Origin: Camelus dromedarius | Taxonomy: Eukaryota | Direction of reading: 5' to 3' | Assembly: GCF_036321535.1 (NCBI RefSeq) | Contig: NC_087460.1 | Coordinates: 2,356,001-2,420,000, forward strand | DNA: 64,000 nucleotides | Shown: in pieces, positions 24,926-36,135 of the stretch | Position numbering within the stretch: the first letter of the stretch is position 1 | Layout of the letters: every line of letters starts with the position of its first letter | The notes under the pieces: model-generated | Told to the model about the DNA's origin: nothing | The model's input: the letters and a program-made list of their open reading frames with translations, nothing else | Database searches by the model: none | Made by a program: the position numbers and the translations under genes

Positions 24926-25615
24926 AGCAAAGCCAAGTCTGTCTGGATTCCAGAGCCCCTGCTCCCATCTCCACGAAGGGGGCAGAGGGGCCCTTCCTCT
25001 GCTTGTCACAGGTCGGCTCTTGCTCACAAATCCTCCTCTACATCACGGTATGGTCTGAACTTACCCTTCTCTTCTTCCTCTGCCAGCTGGACCACTGATG
25101 CTCAACTGGGAGCAACTCCCTCCAGGAGGGGGCGCTCCTGGCATCTAGCGAGGAGGGACCAGGGTGCTGCTAAATGTCAATTCAGGGCCCAGGAGAGCCT
25201 CCCTCCACCCCCAGGAAAGAATCATCCAGACCCAAACGGCAGCTGGACCGAGGTGAAGACACCCTGAGTTAGACAGACCCACACCTCACACGCCCTTATG
25301 TGCTCTCTCCACACCTGTCTGCTCACCCAGATCTACTTCTTTCTAGAGCCTGCTTCCCTTGTGAGGGCTTCCTGAACCAGCCCAGCCCATCTGCCATAAG
25401 CACCCCATCCGAATTCCTAGACTCACCAGGCATTTGTAAGCCTCCCAACACCGCGAATGTCGGATAATGAGGGCCCTTTCATCTCTCATCGTGCCATGGA
25501 GTTCTATGTATTTACACCACGTTTTCCCAGCTAGATTTACAGGCTTCTCAAGGGACACTCAGCAGAACTCTTAATGGACTGGAGCCTCTCCTCGGAGGAA
25601 ACCAGAAGCACTGAC

Positions 25616-25791
25616 CTTGGGCGCGATGCGGACTCGCTTGCCATGCCGGGCGAGCTCCGAGCTCATGAGGGAGGCTGCCAGGGGCAACGGCACCTTGACT
25701 GAGGGCTGCAGCACCAGGGACTGGTTCACGGGGAACTGGATGGGCACCAGGTATGAGCTGACCCGTGGCAGCAGCGGCTTCATCCTCCGCC
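25616..25791 (-). CDS. FOXM1: FOXM1 coding exon
   Basis: cccag|GG...AAG|gtcagt; RRMKPLLPRVSSYLVPIQFPVNQSLVLQPSVKVPLPLAASLMSSELARHGKRVRIAPK (176 nt). Confidence 0.97.
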
Positions 25792-25942
25792 CTGGGAGGA
25801 AGCGGGAGGGGTCAGGAGCCAGGGTCTGAACACGAGCCCCTTCTCATACCCAGGATCTTCAGGCTTGGATCCCCGAGTTCCCACTCCCCAAAGGTATGTC
25901 CCCAGGACAGGGCCTGCCTGGGGCCCGCTCCCCCATACTAAC

Positions 25943-26012
25943 GTGCACCCAATGGGAGTTCAGTTTTGATGGTCACGTTCCGGCGGAGCTCAGGGTTGGG
26001 TCGTTTCTGCTG
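25943..26012 (-). CDS. FOXM1: FOXM1 coding exon (tandem NAG acceptors)
   Basis: QQKRPNPELRRNVTIKTELPLGA(R)|gttagt; 70 nt; acceptor run aag-cag-cag-cag. Confidence 0.93.
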
Positions 26013-26590
26013 CTGCTTGTGGCAGAGACGGAGAGAAAGAGGCCTGGGTTAGGAAGGCAGGGGGGAAGGCAGGAGACCCACCAGCTGCTCCGGGACCCTG
26101 CACGGAGCTGAGCGACCGCCTGCTGGTGGGAAGGGGGTGGTACAGACACACTGAGGGAGGCGGGGGTCCTACCACCTCATCCAGGTGTCCTCACGCCTGG
26201 GATGCAAAGCATGGAGCACTAGGAGGGGCAAAGAAAAGCCAAGTAGAGAAGTGAGAGAAGGAACTGCCGCCTGCCAGGCCCAGGCCATGTGCTGTGGCTG
26301 CGGCCTCGCATGGAGCCTGTGGCCTGTCCCCTGCCACACCCACTATGCTCGGGCACTGAGCCTGTGGGAGGGGGAGGAGCAGCAGGTGTGAGCCCCCATT
26401 CGGGGGAGAGGAGGTGGCCGGCACCAGGGTTCTCACTCCCGGAAGCCCGGGGTGCCCTGCATCGGGGGCCGGCAGGCACACAGCCACAGGCTCCCTTCCC
26501 CTGCTTAACGCCTTGCCCCGTTCACCGAAGCCATGCTGAGCGTGGGAGGGAAACCAGGCCGAGCCCCGAGCCGGAGGGGAAGAACCTTAC

Positions 26591-26635
26591 TGATTCCGAG
26601 TGCCCGGGAGACTGTGGAGACCCTGGGTCCAGTGG
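26591..26635 (-). CDS. FOXM1: FOXM1 alternative exon A1 (Va), defines the c-type isoform
   Basis: caccag|CCA...TCA|gtaagg; PLDPGSPQSPGHSES, 45 nt. Confidence 0.93.
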
Positions 26636-26878
26636 CTGGTGGCGGTCAGGCAACGCGGGAGAGAAACAAGACGAAGTTACCGCCGGCGCAGCCAGTCTGA
26701 GCAGGCCAGGCAAAGGCCTGCTCCTGACTGATGCTGAGGGCCGCCCCGGACGGTGGGCCCCCCAGGACAGCGGGCACAGTTAGCAGCAGCCTTAGGGGCA
26801 CTCTGAGATCCTAAAGCAGTTGCTTCAGAAAAGATATTCTGGTGGCTCCGCTTCTGCTCTCCAGCCTAAAGGAGGGCT

Positions 26879-27012
26879 ATTTATTTATTTATTTTATATA
26901 TTTTTAAATTATTTATTATTATCATTTTTTGTTAATAGAGGTACTGAGGATTGAACCCAGGACCTCGTGCATGCTAAGCATGTGCTCTACCTCTGAGCTA
27001 CACCCTCCCCTC
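26879..27012 (-). mobile_element. tRNA-derived SINE
   Basis: gaggtactgaggattgaacccaggacctcgtgcatgctaagcatgtgctctacctctgagctacaccctcccc with T-rich tail; imperfect TSD aagRagggct. Confidence 0.92.
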
Positions 27013-27034
27013 CAAGAAGGGCTTTTTAAAAACA

Positions 27035-27180
27035 AGGTTTTCCAGACTTTTTCTGTAAGGATCACCTGAGATGTCTGCTAAAAATACATATTCCCAGGCG
27101 CATCCCAGACCTACTGAGTCAGAAGCCCCATGGGAGGGGCCTGGGAAGCTGTATTTTAAAAAGCATTCCAGCAATTCTTG
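27035..27180 (+). mobile_element. MER5-like hAT-Charlie remnant
   Basis: aggatcacctgagatgtctgctaaaaatacatattcccagg...cccagacctactgagtcagaa. Confidence 0.55.
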
Positions 27181-27398
27181 TCACAGGGCAGTTAGGGCAG
27201 CACTGCCCCAGGAAGGCCTCTGTTTGGATCAGAGAGCCTTCTCCACGGCCTGGCCTAGCACAGTGGCTTGTCGTCCCTGTGGGCTGGCCGGCCCCCAGCT
27301 GAGCAGTTAAGACCATCCCAAGGAGGACTTGTTTCCTTCTGAGACGGAAATCACGACCCCCACCGCTGGCCCTATTCGGACAAGACCAGGACGCTCAC

Positions 27399-27527
27399 CT
27401 TAAACACCTGGTCCAGCGTCAAGTAGCGATTGGCACTGGGGTGAATGGTCCAGAAGGAGACCTTGCCATTGGCAGACGTCTCACGGACAAACATGTCGTG
27501 AAGAGAGAGGTTGTGGCGAATGGAATT
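27399..27527 (-). CDS. FOXM1: FOXM1 coding exon (forkhead domain, C-terminal half)
   Basis: tttcag|AAT...AAG|gtgagc; NSIRHNLSLHDMFVRETSANGKVSFWTIHPSANRYLTLDQVFK. Confidence 0.98.
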
Positions 27528-28424
27528 CTGAAAGGGGAGGAGGACACCACGGATCAGCTACTTTGGCTTTGGAAACATCACCTTTAATGCCGCCCCCCCC
27601 CCACAAGGAATTCAGCCCCAGGCTCTGTGTCCTTGGAACCCTGCCTATTGGCAGCTCTCTTCCAGACACTGCACCTGGCAAAGCCATAAACCTGAGCCAT
27701 AAACCCCTCCATCCCAGGAGAACAGAGACCAGCCAGTCCTGAGAGCTGACACGGACTGGGAAAGGGGACTGAAGCTGTGAGCAATAATTAGAAGCAAGAG
27801 AGGTGAGTGAAGAAGGGAAGAAGCTAGGGAATTTAGTTGAGGTGAGAGTATGAAGTTCAGTTCTGCTGTGAGGGAAACAATACAAAAACCCCCTTGGCCC
27901 GGGATTAAGGGTCTGTCGAGAGACCTAAACTGTGGCTCTGAGCCTCGCGTGAGCTACGGGTCCCAGACATCCCAGTGTTCCTGTGACTATGAGGAAGAGA
28001 AGCTCCCTGCCTTCTGGAGAAGAGATACGACTTTACAGGAGGTGAGTCTTGGGTCATGAGGCTCACAGGTTTTTTTTCTTTCTTTCCCCCCTTTTTTCAT
28101 TAATGTCTTTTCACAAAGCTCCTTAATCACTCCAGCTGCTGTTCAGTGTAGCACAAAAGTGGGCTTGGTGCTGCACTGGAGTTTCCATTAACCCGAGGCA
28201 GTTAACGGAGTCAGACGAATGACTGCAGAGCTCTGATTGATGATTTTGCCTGAATTCAGCAGGATCGAGTCACAATCCACAAGACACAACTGTTTACAGT
28301 TCTAGCATCCTTTGCATTTAACTGTTCCTTCCCCACCAGACACAGACTGAGGCACTTCTGTGCAGATAAGCTGTCTACACAGGGCCACAGCGACCTCGAC
28401 CGCAGTTGTTAAGGGACACAGTAC

Positions 28425-28616
28425 CTTCCAGCCTGGCTTGGCTATGTGCTTAAAATAGGGGAAGTGGTCCTCAATCCAAGTATAGATGTCTTTCAAGGTC
28501 ATGCGCTTCCTCTCCGTGCTGTTGATGGCAAATTGGATCATGGCCATGTAAGAGTACGGTGGCCGCTCAGACACAGAGTCCTGCCAGGACGTCGATGCTC
28601 CCGGGGGCCCCTCCAC
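28425..28616 (-). CDS. FOXM1: FOXM1 coding exon (forkhead domain, N-terminal half)
   Basis: tcag|GTG...AAG|gtactg; ...SERPPYSYMAMIQFAINSTERKRMTLKDIYTWIEDHFPYFKHIAKPGWK. Confidence 0.98.
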
Positions 28617-29747
28617 CTGAGGGTTCTGAGAAGCCAAAGGGAAGGAGAAAAGGCAATGACTGGGCAGAGTTCACATGACCTCCCCGGCTCCCCACCCCAA
28701 CCCCTAGAGAGAGATTTTATCCCGTAAAAAGTTACTGGAAACCAACTCATCCGAGACCACTATTCCACAGAATAAAACTTTAGGATTAGGAAGGGTCTCA
28801 GAGATGATGTGCTCTAACCCCCAGACACTGTAGAACCACTGCTGTCATTGGTCATTTTGTTGACGATATTGCCTGATGGTAAGCCTGGCCTGTTAGCTGA
28901 AACTCCTAGGAAAGTTTGGGATATATTATGACTCTTAAAGCATCCATTTTATGTTAAAACTATACCCATTCTTCAGATCTGGGAGTTGAGGGACCTAGGT
29001 CTTAGTCCAGTTCCTACTCCTGATGTGATGTGAATAAACCCATCTCCTTTCAATGTCTGTGCAAGAGAAATATTCCCAAGAGTATGGGACAGATAAATGT
29101 CCGCAAAGCACACATCTGGCTGAGTCTCAGGCAAAGATCTGATCATTCACATTTTAAGAAATTGAACTATAACTTTATAAAGTACACGTTTTAAGTGAAC
29201 AGCTCAGTTTTTACTTATGTATACTTCCATGTAACTTCTCACTTTTAATGACGGAATAAAGGGTGCACCCAGAAGGATCCAGGAACGGCAGCTGTGAAAA
29301 ACCACCCCAGGCCACACAACTGGGTCACATCAATTTTGATTGCTGAAGTATTTAAAATTCACACCTAACTCATTTTATTTGGCACTAACGTATCTTCTAA
29401 TAAAACAATCTCACTAAAAACGCTGTTCCTTTAATACTGTTGGGGTGCCTCTTTAAAGTTCAATGGCTTTCCAAACTAAGACATCTTCCTGAAGACCTGC
29501 TAAGTACCTGCTGCTAAAGCACTGAAGCCAGTGCTGAGGGCATACTGAGTGAGCCAGAGGAATCTGCCCTCAAGGAGATTTCACAGATGGGGGGAAAGAG
29601 ATCCCAAGCAGAAAGAGAGCTCTAAATCAAGTGAATTGCTAATACCAGGACTTGGAAATTCTGCTCTACAGGCCACTTCATCTATCCCCTTCTTAGAAAT
29701 TCCCTGCCCCTGCTCTGACTGCCCTAGCAAGTGGCGGAACCGTTCAC

Positions 29748-29899
29748 CTTGGCCTGACTCTGCTCCAGGTGACGGTTCTCCTTTTCCTCCGTCTCTTGCT
29801 TGATGCTGCAGGAGCCCAGCCCATCAGAAGTCATCTTCCCAAGCCACTGGATGTTGGTCAAGCTGTTGTCTAGAGTGCAGCCTGCTGCCTCACCACCAG
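29748..29899 (-). CDS. FOXM1: FOXM1 coding exon (KEN box)
   Basis: ctgcag|CT...AAG|gtgaac; GGEAAGCTLDNSLTNIQWLGKMTSDGLGSCSIKQETEEKENRHLEQSQAK. Confidence 0.97.
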
Positions 29900-30479
29900 C
29901 TGCAGGGAAGCAACCCAAGATGCCAGTTAGCCGCCTGATCCATGCCCAGCAGGCCCAGCAAAACTGGTGGTTAGGGACCATCTCTCCAGACCTCTGCCCT
30001 TAGGGACACGGGCCCTCAGGTACTCTCCCCATTAGGATTTCATGGGAGAAACTGAGGAGCACAATTTAAGTTGCATTTCAGTCTGAGCCACACTGAGCCT
30101 TAGAGAAGGGTCAAGGCAACCTTACAAAAGCAACATTGAGCATCTGCACAGAGAAAGTCATTTTTCCTCCTCATGCTTTCTCCTTTATTCAGATGGAGAA
30201 AGATTCCTACTTCCTTATATGGTCAATGCAAAGGATAAAGAGAAACAACAAAAAAATCCTTTCCCAGTATAAAGAAGGCAATTGGAATGCTAAATCAGAT
30301 TGCAACCCTTTCGACAGTGCCCAAATGATCTGGGTCAGGTTTCAGGATGAAGACAGACAAGACTATTCCCCGGTTCAGGCAGATGCCTGTCTGTCCTAAG
30401 TGTCAGCATGGCTGACTGCAGTCCCGGCCACAGAGAGGGAAGCCTGGCTCCTCACCCCTTTGCTTTGCAGAGCACATAC

Positions 30480-30981
30480 CACAGCTTTCCCATCTCCGCC
30501 CAGGAAGGGCTCCAGGTGGCCTCGGAAGATCCACATCCGGAACTGCAGACTTTGGCCCCAGGGTCTCGGTGATCACTTCTGTCCTCTTGGGCGCGTTGCT
30601 GGTTTGGGCTTGAGGCTGGGGCCCTGGAGGGTGGGTGGGGGCTCCCCCACAGCTGATGAGGATGAATTTGTTGGGCCCACTGCTGCCACTCTCCTTTCCC
30701 TTGGCCGTCAGTGCTGTGATGATGTTCTGGATGTTGGCATTGTTGGGGACGGCCACCACTTGGGTGTTGGGCATGGTGGGATGGTTAATAATCTTGATTC
30801 CAGCTGGAAACTTGCGAGGGTTGGACTCTGCCACCTCCTCGGAGGCCTGCGCTCGACCAGGCTCCTGTTGGGCAGGGGGCCTCTTAGGCTCCTCTTCTGA
30901 TGTTTCAGCCGGGGCATTTTGGACAGGAAGGGGCAGCCTCCGTCTTTTGAGAATCAGTGGCCGACGGGGGCTGGTTTTCAT
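30480..30981 (-). CDS. FOXM1: FOXM1 first coding exon (exon 2 begins at 31028)
   Basis: MKTSPRRPLILKRRRLPLPVQNAP...GPNKFILISCGG...ESC G|gtatgt; all exons total 2271 nt (756 aa plus stop). Confidence 0.98.
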
Positions 30982-32716
30982 TATGAATCTGGGCTTTCAC
31001 TCTCCATTGAGAATCATGAGCGTGGACCCTGGGAAGTGCAAGGGGCAGCAGGCTGTTAGAGATATGTTAGGCTGAGAAGGAGGTTCTGTTAGAGGGGTTC
31101 CTCATCATGTGACCAGCAGCACCAGCGCACAGGCCCAGGAGGATGCTCCCTGGGCTTTTGGAAAGACGGCAGACAAATCAGGAGACGAGTTCTATTGATG
31201 GAAGTTAAAACTGAAACAAACAGAAGCAATTCAAAAGGGGGAAGTGGGACTGTGTTGGCTGTAGGTCAACATAGCCAAAGGTTTGGAAGCTTAAGAATGT
31301 TTGGCTACAGAAACAAGTAAGGAAGCTACAAAAATGCGGAAATGTCTATTATTGTCTAAATATGGATCGGAGTGACTGCAGGGATGGGAACGCTGGAATA
31401 GGACATCCTGACAAAACTCTGATTCCATACTCCATTCTAGCATAGAGCATTTCTATTTTTTAACATCATCCTAGTCTATCAGTTAAAGGATCTATGCCCA
31501 CGGAATCATAGGAAAAAGGCAGACTGTACTATTGCCCTGTTGTCACACACACATGAAGACGTCAGATCAAAAGGAAATTGCTCTATTCAAGGCCCAGGGT
31601 AAAGCTGTGCGGGTCATGTGTTGACACTACGTATGGGGTGACAGTCACTTCACCGGCCGTTATCCTTGTACAGATTTTAAAAAATACGTTTTTCTTTCAC
31701 AATTTGCAAAATATTTACACAGTGATATTTTAGTACTTGCATGTGCTTATTCATATTTTGACCTTCTAAGCGTGTTACTGCGTTGCTTAATTTCTCTTCC
31801 AGAACCAAGACTGTAATCCCTATTTCCTGACCAATCGAATGTGCTCTCATCACTGTGCTAAGGTGGTTTTGTAATAGTAAGGAAAATAGTTTTATCTTTT
31901 AAAAATTGTGCTTTGTTGATTTTAACAGATGCATGGACTACTCTACCATTGTGTAAAATTGTGTAAGTCTACTGAGAGGTACTTGGAGAGACAGACAGAG
32001 GAATGGGCTGTCCCTTTTTTAGGATATCTGCTACCTCCCTAAAACGGACTGTCACACTCGTGACATTTGCCATCTGCTTAGAGTTCACAGACCCTCCCCC
32101 TCTGCCTCCTCCCCTTCCTTTATATCCAGGATTCCTCTACCTTCAAATCTCAGTTTTACTTCCACCTCCTATCTCTTCCAGCCTCCCTCCCTCCACCCAT
32201 CAATCACTGGACTCTAGCATTCCCTCCCCACCCCCAAAAGGTATCTTCCTGGTCTAAAGCGTAATTTTTCCTTCCACTCTGACCAGCCTCTTGCTACCAC
32301 GGCCAACACTTTCTAGCCTAGTCTTCGGAGCGACTCCAGGGTCCCCAACCCCACCCAGACCAGGACAAAACTGCGCGCGCGGGGGGGGGGGGGTGTCCCA
32401 GAACCAGGAGGAGGGCCCTGGGAAAGGGCGGAGTGGAGGCAGTGCTGCCTAATGGTGAGAGTACCTGGGCGCAGGGGAGGGTGCGAGCAGGTCGGTCTCG
32501 GCTGGAAGCGGAGTGAACTCAGCCTGGATCCCGGCCAGCGGGCCGCCCCTTCCCCCCGAGGGAAGGCCCAGGGGCGCTTCGCTAAAGAGGTGAGGACGCG
32601 GCCGGGCGGTGGGATGCAGGCGCGCTGCGCACCCTCGCCAGCCTCCGGCCGCGCTCAGCCCCTCCGCGCCGCGCCCGCCGCGCCCCCGGCCTCCAGCCCG
32701 CCCGCCGCCCGCTCAC

Positions 32717-32950
32717 CTCGCTGCACCGCCGGCCGCGCCGGGCTCCGGGCGGCTCCGCGCTGCTCCCGCCTGCGGGCCGGGCCGCGTCCCGGGCGGCACT
32801 CGCGCCGGCGGCGGGTCCCCGGGCTGCGGGGCGGGGAATCCCGGGATCCCGGGGTGGGGGGCGGTCCCGGGCCGGGGCCGGGGGTGGGGTCCCGCTCCGG
32901 CGCTTTCAGTTTGTTCCGCTGTTTGAAATTGGCGCCGGCGGAGCGTTGCG
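32717..32950 (-). other. FOXM1: FOXM1 non-coding exon 1 (TSS approximate)
   Basis: gcgccaatttcaaacagcggaacaaactgaaagc matches the recalled human 5'UTR; donor CGAG|gtgagc at 32717. Confidence 0.8.
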
Positions 32951-32984
32951 GTCACGTGACGGGCGTCGCCAATCGGCGCCGGTC

Positions 32985-33086
32985 TTGTCTCCGCGTTCGG
33001 GCCGGAACCCGGGCGGCGGGCGGAGCGGCGGCCGGGCGGGCCCCGCCGGGCAGGAGAGACGGGCGGAGCGGCGGCGGGAAGGGCAG
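32985..33086 (+). other. RHNO1: RHNO1 putative non-coding exon 1
   Basis: First strong + strand donor after the promoter core: GGCAG|gtgagg; start approximate; other donors lie downstream. Confidence 0.5.
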
Positions 33087-34304
33087 GTGAGGCGGGCGGG
33101 GCGGGCGGGGCGGCGGCGGGTGAGGCGGCCGAGGCGGGCGGAGCGGGCGGATGAGGTGAGTGAGGCGGACGAACCGGGCGGGCGGGCGGGCAGGCAGATG
33201 AGGCGAGTGAGGCGTGTGGACCTGGCGGGCGGAGCGGCGGCGGGTGAAGCGGGAGGATGAGGCGAGTGAGCCGGGCGGGCCGGGCAGAGCGGGCAGGTGG
33301 GCCGGCGGGCGAGGCGGGCGGGCCGGCGGCTCGTGGGGAGGGCGCAGGGAGGCCCCGCGGGGGCGGGACGCGGGGACCCTGGGGACCCCGGGGACCCCGG
33401 GGCCGGCCCCCGGCTGCTCTCTGGCCCCCGGCGCCCCTCCGCGCTGCTCGCGTGTCCCGGGGTCTTCCTCCCGCGCTGGTTTCCTCGCTGGGGGGCCGGA
33501 GTGGTGGGGGTACTGCCCTCCGTTGACCTCCTACCAGCGACCATCCGGGCCCCCGACTATCCTGGCGGCCCCTGGAGCGCAGCTTCTGGCCTCGTTCAAG
33601 TTCCCTCCGTAAATTACACGCACAGCGCGAATCCCGCCTCGGCTCTGGGTCCTCTCCCTCCCCGCCCCTGCAACCCTTTACCGGTAATGAAGTACTTGAT
33701 TTATTAACTTGGTCACACGGTGAGTTGAGCATCTGCTCTGTGCCAGGCCGCGCTAGGATGCAGTGGCAGAGTGGGTCTTTCTTCTGATGGGCGGAGGGAG
33801 GAGCTCATTTCCGAAGTAAACTAGTTTATTTAAGCAATAAACTTAAGAAGAGAAATATAGCTGTGAAGTGATGAATCAGAGGTCAGGGATAGCTTCGCGT
33901 ATCTACAGGAGGGAGACCTTGCGTTCCTTAATGTAGGTGAGAAAGGCTTTTCTGCTGCACTACAGCCGGGGCTTTATGCAGACGAGGGAGACCTCAGAAG
34001 GGACTGAGGTGTGCAGGTCCACGCGGCAGGAGACGAAGCTGGACGTGGAGCAACAGGCCCGTAGCCACCACTGAGGCTTTTGGTTCTTATCCAGAAATCA
34101 AAAATGAGTCTTAAGCAGAAGTGAGCCAAGATCAGATTTGCATTTTAAAAAGGTCCCCCTGCAGGGGGTGCCAGAGTGGGTTAGGGTAGACCAGTTAGGC
34201 TATTGCACTACCCCAGGACAGAGCCGGAGCTTGAAGGGCGGTGGGAGAGGAGGGGAGGGAGGGAGGGAAGAAGGGGAGGGATATTCTTTTTCTTTTGGGG
34301 GGAG

Positions 34305-34395
34305 GGGATTAGGTTTCTTTCTTTTTTTAATGGAGGTACTGGGGATTGAACCCAGAACCTCGTGCATGCTAGGCAGGCGAGCTACCCCCCCCCCC
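34305..34395 (-). mobile_element. tRNA-derived SINE
   Basis: aatggaggtactggggattgaacccagaacctcgtgcatgctaggc. Confidence 0.88.
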
Positions 34396-34534
34396 CATAT
34401 TATTATTTTTCGCAAAGGAAGAATGTTTTTTATCACGTTTTGAGTTGAATCTAATAAAGTCTTTAAAAAAAATTACCGCTGATTCTGATCCCACGTTTAA
34501 TACTGAACTGTCACTAAAAACCATGATTGTAAGT

Positions 34535-34850
34535 TTTTTCCCCAACTGAAGTATAAGTGACATAACACGTTATTTCAGTTTCAGGTGGACAACATGATTT
34601 GCTTATGTCTTATACATCGTGAAGTGATGTATAAGTAAGTCTAATTAACCATCTGTCACTATACAGAGTTTTTTTTTCTTGTGATGAGAACTTTAATGAT
34701 TTACTTCCTTGGCAACTTTCAAATTTGAAATACAATATTATGGACTTTCATCACCATGCTGTACATTATACCCCATACTGTATTTGCTTTATAACCGGAA
34801 GTTTGTACCTCTTGATCCTTTTTGCCCATCTTGCCCATCCCCCAACCACC
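34535..34850 (-). mobile_element. L1 3' end fragment
   Basis: aactgaagtataagtgacataacacg...aaatacaatattatggactttcatcaccatgctgtacatt...ggaagtttgtacctcttgatcc. Confidence 0.7.
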
Positions 34851-35629
34851 CTCCCGGAAAGAGGGGTATTACTGAAGCCACAGGAGGTAGGATTGACAGG
34901 GCTTGCTAATTGGGTTGGGTGGGAGGTGGGGGAAGTGTCAAGGTCTCTGGCTGCGTCGCTGGGTGACTGAGGATACCATTGCCTGAGCACAGGCCCTGGA
35001 GATAGTCACTTTTATGGAGGGGGTGCGGGGGAAGCGATGGTGAATTCCGTTGTAAACGTGCTGAGTTTGAGGTGTTGGAGGCATCTAGTTGCTGTCAAGT
35101 AGGTGGTGGAATACATGGGTGTGAGTGTGGAGGAATTCTAAGCTGACTATATAGACACTTGACTCATCTACTTGTAGGTGGTTATTGAAAACTGGCCTAA
35201 GAAAAGCGTGTAGAATTAAGAGGGCTCCAGAGCACAGCCAGGGAGGGACAGGCCATGGAGAGCTAAAGGGATGGACCTCTAGTTACAGCGGAAGGAAAGG
35301 ATGGATGCAGGTAGACTTAGGTTTAGATGTTTGCTTTCTGGAAAATGAGAGTATTTCCTTTGATGTCTCCTGTATTCTTTGTGAAGTAGGGATTAAAGCA
35401 ATTTGTTTGGCGAGAAGAGGAGTTCTAAAGTGTTAAGATAATCTTTATGGAAAATGAGTTGATCAGGGAAACAGTAGGCCTGCCGAGCAAGGCGGGGTTC
35501 ACGGGAGGCAGAGGGCTTTGAGCAAGGGGTGTGTGGCAGCCATAGTTACCACTGTCACCTGGCTCCTGGGCTCCTGCAGGAGCCTTCTCACTGGGTTCCC
35601 TGCCTCCTTTCTCCTTCATCTCTCCCCAG

Positions 35630-36135
35630 CCCACCTTTTCTCACAAAGCACTTATAAGGCTAAATCAGATTATGTTACGACCCTGCCTGGACCCTGCAGT
35701 GGCTGCCTAGTGAAGAATAATTCAACCCCGAGTCCTTAGCCTGGCCTTAACCCTACATTCTCATCTCCCACCCCCCAGCTCAGCCATGCTGCCTGTACTG
35801 TTTCTTGACCAAGTCAAACACGCTCCCATCTCACAGTTCAGTCTGGAATATCCTTTCTCACATCTTTCTCTTGTCTGCTTGCTCTCCTTTCTTTGTTCAG
35901 GTCTTTGCTCAAATACACTTTTCAGAGAGGCCCTCCCTGACGACCCTGGCTAAAACAGCAGCCCCTTTACGCTGTTTCACTTTTCTCTGTACCTCTGATC
36001 ACTTCCCGTCTAGACTAGATGTAAGGGCCTCGAGGGCAGGGATTTAATTTTGTAACCTAGTATATATTTCCAGCACCTGTAACAGTGCCCAAAACACAGC
36101 AGGCACTCAGTAGACGTGTGCTGAATAAATTGATG
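35630..36135 (+). mobile_element. L2 LINE 3' end
   Basis: aaatcagattatgttac...tagactagatgtaagggcctcgagggcaggg...caggcactcagtagacgtgtgctgaataaattgatgaa, the L2 terminal signature. Confidence 0.75.

Larger units (their letters stand above)
32370..33700. promoter_or_regulatory. CpG island; FOXM1/RHNO1 bidirectional promoter
   Basis: CHR TTTGAA 32922-32927; ATTGGCG 32928-32934; palindromic E-box GTCACGTGAC 32951-32960; CGCCAAT 32967-32973. Confidence 0.92.

Noticed and set aside
32452-33732. Several long ORFs (up to 339 aa) across the FOXM1/RHNO1 island
   Set aside because: Pro/Arg/Ala/Gly-rich translations of GC-rich promoter and repeat sequence with no recognisable domain.
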